The notes below the pieces were generated by a model. The model saw only the letters and a program-made list of their open reading frames with translations. It had not been told where the DNA came from and ran no database searches. Made by a program: the position numbers and the translations under genes. Positions 40,201 through 53,960 of a stretch of 64,000 nt of DNA are shown in pieces; positions within the stretch are counted from its first letter, which is position 1; every line of letters starts with the position of its first letter. Source of the DNA: Kudoa neothunni (lineage: Eukaryota > Animalia > Cnidaria); NCBI GenBank assembly GCA_964304625.1, contig OZ199838.1, positions 7,086,035 to 7,150,034 on the forward strand, read 5' to 3'.

Positions 40201-42352
40201 ATATGACCTAGATTCAATTCACCACGGGAGAAAGATTGTTAGCGCTATCCTCTGTTTTGTTTCTTATATTTGAAACTGTGTCAGCGATTGCTTGATTTAA
40301 CCCATATAGACTCGGTATCCTTTTTCCTCGAGTTACAGAGCTATAATTTTACAAGTACTATCAAAATACATTTGTAAATTACATATTTAAAAAAAAATAT
40401 ATCTTTGTTTTAACATACTTTTTAACATGTTGCGTTAACGCAACATATAATCTACAGCGACCATAGGGATTAGCGGATTAAATATATTTATAATCGTATA
40501 CATATTTTTTTTTGAAAAAAACACGGATGAAAATAATAAAGTAATTGAGTATAAGGTATTAATTAATGAAGTTTGCTCAAACAAATAGGGCGACACGGCA
40601 AACAAACCCAGTATTGGACTTGCAAATTTTGCATCTTGCTCCTTTTTCATCCGTACGTCGCTCGATAGTTTTATCACTACAAAAATTGCGTGTAAATTGG
40701 AAAGATGCCGAGGACATGCGTTTTCTTGTTGTATCGAATTTGACAGTCAAAAGTTTTGGCACAAGCGTTCTTCGAAACATAAGGGAATCCCCAGTATCAG
40801 GATGGAGCAATTTAAATATTTTTTGTGAATTGGAAACGGCCATGTCGATATAATCGCAAAATTTATTCCAATACCACTTTTTCCAGCTATTGAAGTTCTG
40901 TAGGTGGCGATAGCTGAATCGAGGGAACCAACGCCACCCGTATAACGGTTATAGCTGGCAACAACGTTTGGCATTAGAACATATACATCTTTTTTATTAT
41001 CCTTAGAATACCTTCTGGCATTCTTTATTGGTTCATTTTAATCAAAACTTGTCCCAATTATAACTGGCCTGGTATCGTTCCATTTGACCAGAATCACTTG
41101 GTTGACAGTGTATGATTCGAATAAACCACGATTTTCTATTTTAAAAATGGTGTCACATGTGAACGGACATTTCATGGTTCTATTTTGTCGAACTGTTCCA
41201 GTGGCTTTTATGTTTAAAGAGGACAGATGGTTTGAAAATCCCACTGAGGCGAAGAAATTGTCGAAATAAAACTCGTGGAGTCTAAGATTTTCGACCAATT
41301 TCACAAAGTTTTTTACGACACTACCATACCATCTAGCCCCAACTTCTTATCTAAGTTTGTTTCTTTACCACAATAAATGTCTGTGGAGAAAACATAGCCA
41401 TCGTATGAACAAAGACACCAACACTCAAAACCAAATTTGACTGGTTTACCTTTTATATACATTTTTGCGGAATGATGTCCAAAATAAGGTATCATTTGTT
41501 CGTCGATGGTAAGACATCTCGAAAAGTAACCGAATCGTTGAAAGTTTTGGTCCAAGATGTTTACGTAATTTCTCACTTTAAACAAGCGATCATTTTTATA
41601 CGCATCATCAGAAAGTAAATTATTGTTGCATAAGTTAATATATTTTTTTAATTTTGTGAATCTTTTGTAATACATACATTTCTTTACTGCTTCAACACCG
41701 CAATCCACACCTTCCCAATATATTCGTTGTCTTGGAAGGCGGTTATAACCACTCGATATCAAAATTCCAATAAAATTCATGAATTCATTTTTTTCAATAT
41801 CAAAATCGTTAGTTTGACCGGCGTATGTGACACTTATTTGAATAATCAAATTTAAAACATTGGAGTCAAATAACAATTAAAAAATCTCGCGTTCATCCAT
41901 TGCAACAATCGTGGGTTCCAATTTATCCAAGTAAAAGTCACAACTGTAATGTTCTTCGCCACGCGTAAAGAAACACTTTTGACAATATGTAATCGTTAGG
42001 CGCCGTGCTCCAAATACACTGAATAATATTCAATGGTTTATTAATCTTTATATTGTGATCGCAATCTACAACAACTATCTAATAAAATAATTAAGATTAC
42101 GTATAAAACCCCTTTCGTTTATATCTTCCTGAGAAATATCTGGATCCCCATTGGATACAGATCTGTTTGAGTAATCATTTAGCTCACAACAGAATAATTC
42201 GTCTCCAATATCGTCAAAATCTTTATCAATTACTTCCACTTGACATGATATTCCTTTGTTGAGTTGAGTATCACTGAAAGTATTCGTATCTTCATCATTT
42301 GTACTTTCGTTATCAGTCACTACATCAACCCTGTCTGGAGGAATAATAACTA

Positions 42353-45300
42353 CAGTCGAGATTGGATATTGCGTGGGTTTTTGCTGACCCCAAAAACCCA
42401 CGCAATAAAAGAGATAGTGTCTCTTTCCACTACATCGGTGCATGCGCAGGGGATTATAGGATTATATTTATTTCGCTTTTTCTGTAGGTTACAGCGCTTT
42501 TACAAACAAAACAGCTCATAAAAATGATAAAATATATTTGTTTGTATTAAAATAACTAATCAGAACGTTATTTTGAAAATTTCAAATAATTTTGTAGGAC
42601 TCTAGGTCTACCTTTCGATATAACCTCTTTCATCTGGAACGTTATTATTTTATTTGGCGCATTTTTTCACTAATACTATGAGTGACAATTTTTTCAAAAT
42701 TTTGAAGTGAGTTGAATATCTCATTGTAAAAATTCCGATACTCCTCTCCACTCAATGAATTTAATGTGTTTAGCACTCTTTGAGTTAGCTCATTGTTTTG
42801 TCGAAACTTTAAATTCACATTATCATCCTTTGAAGGAGAATCCTCTAATAACATTTCATTATCAACAAATGAATTCGACAACGGTGAATTATCATCGCAA
42901 ATTTCAGGAAATATAGCGGGTGATTTTCCATTTAAAAGGTTATTATTGGTCCATCTTGTTGTAACAATTGATTCAATACTTATTATAGATAATTTCATTA
43001 GATTGATAAAATGATTGCAAGGTAGATTATGCTGTATGAAGAATGGACAGTCACAGACGAATGTTTCATTACTTTTAATAACCACGGCAGAGTTTGATTT
43101 TAGGTGAACAAAAAAATAAGTTTTTGATTCCCACATTGTAATATAATTATTGGAATTGAAATTTTATAAAATCTTTTCCCAACATTAAGGAGAAAAATGA
43201 ATGAGGAGTTGATTTAATTCAGCATCATTGGATATTCTATGTGTGTTCATAGATAATTGTTGTTCTTTGATAGTGAATTCGCTATCCAATATATTAACAT
43301 AACGAAGGATTTCATCTATCTGATTTGGTAATAGAGATTGCTTAGACAAAAAACTTTTGAGTTTTCCATGGGCTTGTTCAATTCTATTGTTAGTATTGGA
43401 TCCAAAAGTCATTATGTTTTTTCTCAGACATTGTACCCACATATCAGAAATACCTAACCAACATTTGGAAAGGTACAAAAAGTATGTGTTATTCGTTTGT
43501 TTTATTTCATCTAAAAAGAATAGATATTCATCGTATTGATTAGAAAGGTCTTACATTGAGAATGATTCTCGAGAATTCTTCTTTGTGCGATATTTCATGT
43601 TTCTAATTTTTTTTAAACTGAAAGGGATTTTCAAATCGGATTCAAGACTTTCTTTTATTCTTTTGTTATCTGCACCCCAATTAAAACACAATGACAAGGT
43701 TCGTTTCATCCCATCCGATACATTCTGATTATGCCGATAGAAGGATACGTCGTATTTTACATGATTGTGAGTTATATTGTAATTAAGCACATATAACGCT
43801 TCATTTTGAGTAGATATGGTAATAAATGCTGGACAACCTTTTGATAATGAGGACTGGGGTGCAGATGTACTTTTTTTGAATAGTTAACGTCGCCATGTGG
43901 GCAGATATATTTAATATATCTGTAAATCAATTCTTCTTTGTTATTATTAACATTATCCGACTGATTATCTTCATTTTTAAGTTTGATGCCCCTACCAGTT
44001 CTGTAGGAGAAACCAGATTCCTTTATTTTAATGCAAGAATATGATATTTTACAACAGTACTTTAATAAAATTATCGAGACATTGTTTCACTTCGGTATAC
44101 GAAGAAAATTGACTTTTGAATTATCGGTGTACACATTCCGCCATATTAATTTATTAAGACCGACTCACTAACACTACACGTGGGCCCGAAAATAATATAA
44201 ACATGTCGCCAAATTATATTGTTAAAATAAATTTCGCGATTTAAATTTTATATGTGGAACTTTATTTATAGAGTTTGCCTCACATTGTTGATTATAAGAG
44301 AAGACACTCGGTTGACTATTGTGAATTCTAACCTAAACTTTATTTTGATACAATATAAATTATCTTTTTGTATTCATGAAGAAAATAATTCTTTTTTTCT
44401 GATTAATATCGCATTCCTTTATCATAAACCTTGCAAATATATATCGATAATATGTTTCAAAAAATAACGGTTAAGTTTTTAATCTGTAATCATTTTTATG
44501 AGCTGTTTTGTTTGTAAAAGCGCTGTAACCTACAGAAAAAACGAAATAAATATAATCCTATAATCCCCTGCGCATGCACCGGTGTAGTGGAAAGAGACAC
44601 TATCCAATAAAAAGTTTTTACGCAATATCCAGTTTCATGCGTGTGCGTCACACTGTAAAATACGATTTTCTTGTGCTTACGTTTGATGATTATTCCTACA
44701 AAGAAACTTTATTAAAATAATGATAACATAGAGTTTAATTAAGGAGGAGTTATTAAATTTTGTCAAAAAATCTTGTGATTCTTGTATTTCGAAATCTTTC
44801 TATTGATATTTTTTAAATTCTGTCCGTTGTGGGATATTAATCAAACAATATTGATGGATCCTCTTGAATTAAAACTTCCATTAAAATGTAAACCAAATTT
44901 TTTATTTATTTTATTAAACTTTTGACTTCTTTAATAATTGGATCGATATCATCAGATTAACCATTGTGGGCAATAAATCCGCATGATTTTGATTCTCACA
45001 TGTTGCAGCATTATCATCGTCAAATATATTTTCGTAAACTTCAAATTCATTTAATATGATTAATTATATATACATAAAATATTTCTTCGTGAACTTTTTC
45101 TGGCTTGGGATATCTTTCTTAAATCCTCTTGTTTTATATACTGATTCAACTTTTTTATTAGAGTTTATATATTACTACCAAGCATTTTTGATTTTTAAAA
45201 CAATTAAATATAGTTTCTGGCGAAATACTCTCCCAGTGTTTAATTAATGGCGTGATTGAGTTTAGTAATGCTTATTTTTCGATGATAAAGCTTCACATAA

Positions 45301-46530
45301 AACCATATGCTTAGCCAGTGTATTCCTGCCTTATTTTTAATGCATTTTACGATGCTTAAATTAAGGTCTGTAGAATATTAGTTGTTTTTTTGGTAGGATA
45401 AAAATTTCAATACTTTATAAAAACCAATATTTTGGGGATCCAGAGGATATTGACCAACAAAATGAAAACTTTTCTATTTTCATTTGTCATTCTTTTGTTC
45501 AGCTTTCTAATTATGTTTATAAATCTATTACACATCATCCGTGTGTTTTCTGAATAATATTCACGCGATAGATGTTTAAATCAGTTAAAACACCCAGGAT
45601 TTTGAAATTTACCAATTAAAACAGAGGGGAGTTTACTCCTATTTAATAAAAGTGACAGTAAAACATCCATTCTTTTTTTGATATTTTGTCCCTTATATTC
45701 CGATTTCATCCTTTAAAACATAACTAACGTTTTGTAACTGCTCACAAAAGAACGGAAGTTTCATCAATGTTTATAACGTCTTTAGGACCATATGCCTTAA
45801 CCAAATCAATGCTTTCAATAATCCATGAGTCAATAGACGAAATATCTGTATTCGCAGCCTCACCATGAAACATTTTGAAAGCTATCCTATATTTTGATGT
45901 GGTATCTGAAAAACACCCTCAACTAGACTTTAAATTGGAAATTTCTTGTTTATTTGCAATATATAAAGCAATTTCGATAAAAACACATCTCAGCAGAACA
46001 TTATCATTCGACCATTGTTTAACCATCCAATCATACAGTTCACATCTGTATTTTTAATTTCCCCGAAAAATGTGCCTTCCTTTTAGTTTCAATATCCATA
46101 ATGTTGAATTTATCTTTGTGTGAACAAATTCTATCAATTTTTAAATGATCTTAAACGTGACAATGTATTAATATTCAAAATAGATTGCCACATTATTCAA
46201 CTCAAACTTAGAAATTGCCATTTTCTCCCAACTGTCAATATTTTTATCGAATTATAATAATCAATGACTTCTCTCTTCTCTTAATTATTACGGTTTTAAC
46301 GGGAAATAATGAAGAAAACACTTATATTTTTAAATAGATGGGTTACTAAAACCACGCAATAACGAGACTTTATATATAGATAATAAATTTTCTTATTTTT
46401 TAATGCTAACGTAGTTTACAAAATGATAAAATAATAACAATACAAAAAAATTAGTTTTCTCTCTAAAAAGAATAACTTCGAAATTTTGGAATTACGCAAT
46501 ATCCAGTCACGCAGTATCCAATCTCGACAG
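42353..46530 (-). mobile_element. pogo/Tigger element with TA TSD and decayed transposase at ~45000-46280
   Basis: TA|CAGTCGAGATTGGATATTGCGTG ... CACGCAGTATCCAATCTCGACAG|TA. CENP-B-like HTH region and FHGEAA...VINIDETS on the minus strand. Confidence 0.87.
42411..44605 (-). mobile_element. Internally deleted MULE (SWIM) with ~116-bp TIRs
   Basis: 42413-42528 is the inverse of 44489-44604. CAATAAAA occurs on both flanks. Motifs TNNRIEQ and SWIM CDCPFFIQHNLPCNH. The central catalytic region is absent between ORFs 43551-43790 and 43185-43478. Confidence 0.85.
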
Positions 46531-47787
46531 TATATCGATCAGATTTTCCTCCGCATTTTCCTCTAACTCATTTATTACGCCAAGGTATAGATTATACTGC
46601 TAGTTCTCCATTTTATGACAAAATTATCGCCGTAGATTATAGGTTGCGTTTGCGCAACAAAAATTGATCCTTATATTAAACTTTAAAGGAAACTTTTTAG
46701 ATCGTTTCTTTCAGTTTTAAGACAATTATCTTGTCATGATCTAATTATTTTTAAATTATTGGTATCATTGAGCTTAACGCTATACAATAAATGGAGGAAT
46801 ATGAAAATCCTTCAAAGATGACCTATTGCGCGTTTAATTATAGTCACTTTTTAAATTGCAGAAATTTTTTCATAAAAAAATAAAGATTTATGTATTTTTC
46901 TAAGTATTAAAACATTTTTGTACCATCGTACCCACAAACGTATGAGAAAAATAATAACAAAGTCTTTTTGCGTTAACTCACGTATAGTCTATAGTCTATA
47001 TGGGTTAAATCGACGGAATTGAGTGATGATTTCAAATTAGGCTCGAAATATGTTTTGTTTAATTTTGTAAGTAGATAAAGTTTCAAGATCATCATTAAAA
47101 TCAAAATGATAAGGAGAAACCAATGTTAGTAAAAATTCATCGCTATGAATGATAAAAGCGGGACAAAGACCCCTTTTGGGTTGCTCATAACGTGATCTTC
47201 TGAGCAAACAGCATTGGCAGAATTTGAATTTATTAGAATGTATTGTAAGAATTTATGATCTTGAGTTGATGTATAATCACTGAGTTTTGCTGATGTCGAA
47301 AATTCATCATCTTGAACTAACTGGACTGGATCGGAACAAATATATTATTGGTGTTTCAAATTATCCACTGAAACAACAGTTTGAGAGAATATTTGATTAT
47401 TCCGATTTGGAGAACAATAGACAGATATATAACTTGTCGATATAGGAGATGTATTGGCATCAGAAAGTGACGTGTTGTTGTTTTCAGCATTGTTACTTGC
47501 TCTTAGCTGATTCTTTATCAAATTATGACGTTGACTCTGGTTGAATAACACGCTAGAGTCAAGTTGTTTTGTATACACTTCTTAGCGTTATGTGACGATC
47601 CAATATTTGAACTGCTAACAAAAAACAAGATAACTGCTTCATTTTCCATCGCTTATATTCTTCATAGAGTTATTCAGGAGAGTGTAACACCTGTTCGCCA
47701 TCATAAATACGATCATTTAAATCAGCACAAAAAGTTACTTCAAAAAAAAGGTCTGTTGATAAGCTGATTAAGGGTGTACGCAAAACG

Positions 47788-47843
47788 CGAACGAGGTGAC
47801 ACTTGAACCCACAATCTTCTAATCTTCTGATACGAATACAGCG
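47788..47843 (-). pseudogene. Partial, decayed tRNA-Arg (anticodon arm to 3' end)
   Basis: ATCAGAAGATT[AGAAGATT]GTGGGTTCAAGTGTCACCTCGTTCG aligns to ATCAGGAGACTGTGGGTTCGAGTCCCACCTCGCTCG of the intact tRNA at 51038-51110. It is also followed by TTTT. Confidence 0.75.
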
Positions 47844-48500
47844 TATACATTCTACATAATTAGTCAACTAACTAATAATAAATAGAATTTCCAAAAATTC
47901 TTCAATTTTGAGCGCGATGAGGGCCACGATGGTTGATCCACATAGCATGAGATTGTTCGGGGAGTCGGCGAGAAATCAATTTTTGCAAAAGCTTCGGCGT
48001 TTTCCAAAAACGCCCAAATGCTAATACGCGATATTGTTCTTCTCATAGTTGGTCCCAAGGGAACCACATATCAGAGCAAAGGTCTTAACGTTGAAACCAG
48101 CAGCTTCGAGGAGTTCAACTTCACGGTCGTATTTCTAGACCTTCGAGTTGTACACTTCCTCCATTCTTACCGAATTATTTTCGTAGCAGATACCAACGTC
48201 CATAATTATGGCCTTTTTCGTGAGGTGATTACAGAGAAAAATATTCGGGCGTCGATCACCAGGGATAAAGGGGATGGTTCTGTCGATGGAAAATTGCCAA
48301 TTTCTCTTAACTTTGATTTCCTCCGCAAAACGAAAACTTAGCACCATTTAAGCATGCGCGGTAAGAGAAAAACAAGGCTATAATTAGGGCATGCAATTTT
48401 CGACGTTTATTTTTAGAACAATCGCCGTTTTTATGCATCATGCGGATTATACTTCGGTCTGCCCAAACACACCTATGACGCAAATGAAAACACAAATTAA
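47844..48500 (-). mobile_element. 3' end of an RLE-type (R2/R4/NeSL-like) non-LTR retrotransposon
   Basis: RRP(D>N)IFL...AIIMDVGI...SKV*KY...VVPLG restriction-like endonuclease pattern. Probable C-terminus SHAMWINHRGPHRAQN* (TGA 47902-47904). No RT domain is recognisable. Confidence 0.75.
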
Positions 48501-48669
48501 CATTAGGTAGAATCTAATGTAGTCATTTTTAATTTCTCCATTGTAATATAGTTGAAATATTATAGATGTTTTTTCATTCGAAAGCGATGTTCTCTCTTTT
48601 GAAAGAACATGTCTCATCTTAGAAAAACTTCAACCTACCGCAATTGAAGACAACGGGATGTTTAAAACA

Positions 48670-49697
48670 GGTAAAAATGCAGAATATAGCCCGCACGTGC
48701 GCAAATACTCCACGAGGATTAACGAAAACACCGCTAAAATGAAATTGTTACAAATTGTTGCTTATCTATCTAATTACAACAACGTATTAAGTTTTTGTTT
48801 CAATAATAAACTTATATCAATATCAAAAGTTTGTCCTCGTTGTGGAATGCAAATGAGATTAATCGATTTTAATAATATTGACAATCTAATTTGGAGATGC
48901 CGTTTAAATGGTTGTGACACAAAGCTTTCGATACGATCCAGTTCTTTTTTTAGCAATTCAAAGATGCCACTTTCAAAAATTATTCTTTTTATTAATTTGT
49001 GGGTGAATAACTACCCATCTAGAATAATAATTAATGATTTTGAGTATGCATCCCATACAGTAGTGGATTGGAATCGTTTTATAAGAAAACTATGTGTTGA
49101 AAATTATGATCGAAATCTCACCAATAAGATAGGAGGACGAAATAAAATTGTGGAGCTTGATGAAACTCTCATTATCCGCCGTAAATATAATCGCGGGAGA
49201 GTTATAAAAGAACAATGGCTCTTCGGAGGGATATGTCGCAAACAAGATGAAAACCAAAATTTTGAAGCTTTTATTGAGTTTGTTGACGACAGAACGGCAT
49301 CAACTCTTCTTGAAATTATTCAACGAAGAATTGAGCCAGGTACTACTATTATTACTGACGGATGGTGAGGTTACAACAATATTGGGCAGCTTGGGATGAA
49401 TCATTTTGTAATCATACATGACGAAAACTTTGTTGATCCGGAAAATCATGAGGTCCATACCCAAAACATTGAAAATCTTTGGCTACGTTTAAAAAGACTA
49501 CTACGAGCCAAAGGAACCCACAGAAGCCCCCATGACTGGGAATACATCGCCGAATTTTTGTTTAGAAAACAAAAAAACATTTATTTAGTGCGCTAATAAA
49601 TGAGATAACTTTAAACTATCACTTATAAATTATTATAATTTTCGTTAATCCTCGTGGATTATTTGCGCACGTGCGGGCCCTATTCTGCATTTTTACC
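48670..49697 (+). mobile_element. Merlin (IS1595-like) transposon, ~59-bp TIRs, near-intact transposase 48739-49596
   Basis: GGTAAAAATGCAGAATA... / ...TATTCTGCATTTTTACC. Motifs CPRC..WRC..C, VELDET, RRKYNRGR, WLFGG, ITDGW and HTQNIENLW. Single stop at 49366-49368. No TSD. Confidence 0.93.
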
Positions 49698-49770
49698 GGG
49701 CCATATCCTAAATTTTTTGTTGTACGGTACAGAGTTCATAAACAGAACTTGTCGAATAGTGAGTTTTTTC

Positions 49771-50677
49771 TGCCAAAATACGGCACAAGGACACTTATCG
49801 GACGTTGTCGTTGCGCATCGGAGATAAAATAAAACATGTAAAAGAACATTAATCTAGAGACTTCATAAATTGTTCTAATGAAAATTGATAAAACATTTTG
49901 TGGGAATATTTTTTAAAATGATAATTGGTCAAGTAAGAAGGCATCAATCCCGATTTTTTATTTGTGATGTATCTGAACTTGCGTTTGATTGCACCCCAAA
50001 TAGCCTCTATTAGGTTAGTATGCACACCTTCAGAAGTCTTAAACTCGATGCTATGATTTACTGAGTTGTGAACAACCTAGATGAGCTAAATTATGATAAG
50101 CTGGTCATTTGTCCGTCCACAGAGTTGAGCCCTAATACAATTTTGAAGTATCATATCTTCAAAAAGGGCTTGGATGCGTTCCTCAGTAAGGACTTGGAAA
50201 AAATTTCCAACAGGATCAATCCCTCCCACGGTGATATTTCCGCTTACAAATCTATGATTCGTCTATTTGTATAATTACATCGACCCCACCGATAGAAGGC
50301 CTGTGAATATTGAAATATTCTATATAAATTTCCCTTGTATAATTTTTCCAATCACATAGTTTCTCTTGACGAGATTTTAGTTCGTTTCCTAATTGAAACT
50401 TTACTGTTACATTGGCAACAACGAGATGTGTAGCCATCCGTTATGTTAAATTGTTTCAATGCCATCGCTGGGTGGCACTGATCAAAATCCTTCGTTTTAG
50501 GATGCAATCCAACATGTTGCACGAATAAAACAAAATTTATATTATCATTTTTAAAACCGAAAACATCCTCTAAAAGAAAACCGTAAGGAATTAAGGAAGA
50601 TAAACTTATGTTTCCGGCTGATTCGCGAACATCCACGACAACACCCGAAAAACGTGATTTGCACCGTACTTTAGCCC
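49771..50677 (-). mobile_element. Second, decayed Merlin element
   Basis: Motifs IGGVDVIIQIDES, KRKYHRGR and VNHSIEFKTSEGVHTNLIEAIWG. Degenerate TIRs GCCAAAATACGG.. / GCTAAAGTACGG.. Confidence 0.8.
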
Positions 50678-51037
50678 TTATCTACGTTACCTTCAGCTCT
50701 CAGACGATTCATCGAAAGGTTTAGACTTTGACGTGCAGAGAACAACGTGTCGGTGTTAAACTGCCTTGTTTATACAGTTAGGCGCTCCAGAGCGTCCCGA
50801 TATTTAGATAGAAGCAAAGAGCAACAAAAATGCTTCCATTTTTTCCGTTTGTATTCTTCATAGATTGCTTCCAGCGAGAGCAACAAATTACTTTGTTACA
50901 CGTGATCGCCATAAAAGTGCAAAATCAGTCTTCTTGGCATTGTATTAAGTTAAAAATAGCGTCGTTAGGATCCGCAATTGATATCAAGTCTAAAGAAAGC
51001 AAAACAAAAAGTTAAATCATTAATTAGGCTAAAAGTG

Positions 51038-51110
51038 CGAGCGAGGTGGGACTCGAACCCACAGTCTCCTGATTCGTAGTCAGACGCCTTAGCCATTGGG
51101 CCACACGCCC
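51038..51110 (-). tRNA. tRNA-Arg (ACG)
   Basis: 73-nt cloverleaf with TCTGA-CTACGAA-TCAGG anticodon arm and GTGGG-TTCGAGT-CCCAC T-arm. One T:T mismatch in the acceptor stem. TTTT lies 4 nt downstream. Confidence 0.9.
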
Positions 51111-53960
51111 CTTAGTAACGTTTTTGATGATTACTAAATTATATTAACTTTGAATGTTATAATTCATCGATGACATTATCCTTTAATATGTTCTTTAATT
51201 AAGATCATTTCGAGATATCACATTATAGGTATTTTTGGTTGATAATTCGCATTATTTTTTTTTGCTCTATTGAAGATTTAAATTTTATTTATCTTGCTTG
51301 ATGATACTCTAGCACTTCTATGTCATTTAATTTTAGACATCGAAATATATAAGCTTAATCAAATTCGGCGTTATTAAAAAATATTAGATGTATTTAATAG
51401 CTGGTGATTAATAAAAATCTAAGTTTAATGACAAATAAAAAATGATAGAACTCAAACATCACGGTACATGTTGAAGTGCCTTCATCCAAATTTTATATAA
51501 ACTTTAGTCCTTACTAAACTCTAAAAATCTTATTATATTTTATTCTCAGAGTTAAATTAAATAATTTATTGGTTTCTCAGAAATATGCATTGACAAGACA
51601 TTTTATAAAAACCAATATTCGCCTGGTTAAATCTTCGGCTGCACCGATATTTATTTTGTAGACAAAATGTGATCAAGATGCCAATTTTAATTTATTAGAA
51701 CCTTTACACAATAATTTTTAATATATTAGAAGACAAGCTGAAACAACCGCATGTTCACATTCGGGAAGCTCTTTTTATACAGCCGTTTTTTAAAGTTTTT
51801 TATTAATAGAATAATAGTTGAAAATTATATAATATTTTATTACAAAAGTTGCCTAGAACTGTGTGAAAACGAACGTGGCTAACTTCGAAGGTTTGGTTGC
51901 TCTTAATGGAATGAGAGTTGAAATTTTTAAGAATTACATATATTATTTAATTTCAATGTTTTTTGGTTCTTATTATATAGGTATAAACAAAATCAACTCT
52001 CTTTTTTTAATTTTAATGAATTTTAGAAGTTGAAGTCAAATGTAGACAACAAATTTTGAATTCGCTTGGAAATCGATTCCATCAAAGTGTTACAAACAAC
52101 ATTTAGTTTTAAATTTTTTAAAGTTGATTACGCAGATGAATTCCACGATTTTTAGATATAATACTTTACGTGAAAATTTCATGATGCGCATTTGAATCAA
52201 CTATCTTACAAGTAACTATGTTAATAGGTTATAACATGTTTGAATTAATTCCTCTTAAATAATCACTTATCTGACCTAAATGTTCCAAATATTAATTTTG
52301 ACATAAAGAATAACGAATAATATTAAAATTTGTATTCTTAAACCACACCGTAGCCTCAATAAAATAAGTCTTATTCAATCGTTTTCAAAATATAAGCATG
52401 TCTATTTTCGAATGATAAACAGTCAATTAAATTATGTTTATAAAATTATTGTCCATTTTTTAGTAAAAAATTTCATAAAAATAGCAAACATTGAGAAATA
52501 TTTATGAACCAAATTATATCATTTAACGTATTAAAACGTATTTTATTTTTTACACAAAATTTAAAAATTTTTTCGAACTCATAAACATAATATTTCTATC
52601 TAGAAATAAATAAAAATTTTTGAGGTATGGAACGTAAAAATTTGATTCACTCACTTTTAGCTATTACTTTTTTTTAAAGGTTATGACCACACATTAAAAT
52701 GAATACAAAAATTGCAAATATCACAAAGTATTGATCTTTTTATATGAAAATTTAGTTTTTTTATAAATCTGACGTCAAATAAAATTTCTAAGTGCCATTA
52801 AACTCAAGTTTTATTTATTTAAATTTATTTCTCTATATTAAAAAATCACAGCGATATCCAAATTTGTAAGTTGTCTATAATATGTATAATCATCACTTTT
52901 AATAGATACTTGAAAAATAATGTAAAAATTTAAAAGCGTTTCTAATCCGAATAGAAATTGGCAGTTATTTCATGAATTTTGTTAAGAATAACGCTAAAAT
53001 TTATTATTCTATTAACACTCGTACTGAGTCGACAATTTTCACCTTTAAATGAGTTTGGGGTCGTTTTTGACCCCAGGTAGAAATAGTAGTTTTACGAATA
53101 ATTACTCCACCAAAAACGACTAACATATTAAAATTTGTAAAACTTAATGATCTAATTATAATTTTAGATGCGATTTTCACAATACAGTAATGGATCGGCC
53201 GTACGTAGCATCGCTCGTACGTACGTTAGTTATTTCACATATTAAAGGTTCGCTCATATCTAATATGATTTCAAAAATTATACAATGTTAGAATTACATG
53301 CATTAAATAACTTATAGACATAGTTACTAAAGTAGGTTACTGATAGTACGCAATTTTTTTGTGGTTGATTTTAGGTTTTCAGACATTATACTATTAAAAA
53401 TGAGTAATAATTCTAAGTAAAAATACAGGACTGTCGAAGAAAAATATAATAAAATATTACTGCAGTCTCCCGTATAATGGTGTCAAGGTTGTTACAATCA
53501 AACATTTTAAGCTTTCCTCTATGTCTACATTAAATGGTAGCCTTAATATTAATTTTTCTAGTATTTATTATATTTGTTAAGTTAACCATATTGACAACGA
53601 TATAATCGACTCCGAAACTCAAACAATGGAAGCGCCTGACAACAGACCAGTCAGTTGTTAGAAAGCACTGGAATATGCAAAAGAATTGAAAATATTTTTC
53701 GAATATTACGAAAGGAAACAATCAATAAGTTTGGCTTCCTTAGACGAAGGCATTTATGATATTATTTCTAAGAGTTTAACTCGAAAAAGAATAACCTATT
53801 ATTTTTCATTTCAATAATATAATATAATGGAATAAATATAATTTCAATTTTCATTGTTCTTGTAATTAAATTTAACGATTTTCTGATTATAAGGTGTTCA
53901 AATATAATGTGAAATAAATGATCAAACGCACGCAATTCATTGCGTACTATCAGTCCCCAC

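Larger units (their letters stand above)
40500..46612 (-). pseudogene. piggyBac (PGBD-like) transposase, fragmented and interrupted at 42353-46530
   Basis: Motifs TIDEQMIPYFG, KGKPVKFG, YFDNFF, VKWND, YNRYTGGV and a C-terminal Cys-rich RCKIC. The frame NLIDI|VIIPPD rejoins across the pogo insertion. Confidence 0.9.
40301..47004 (-). mobile_element. piggyBac transposon with nested pogo and MULE
   Basis: TTAA|CCCATATAGACT ... AGTCTATATGGG|TTAA (12-bp TIR, TTAA TSD). Confidence 0.92.

Noticed and set aside
42075-42443. 122-aa ORF as a standalone gene
   Set aside because: Chimera of MULE TIR, pogo TIR and piggyBac N-terminus.
50068-50274. Plus-strand 68-aa ORF
   Set aside because: Antisense to the decayed Merlin transposase.
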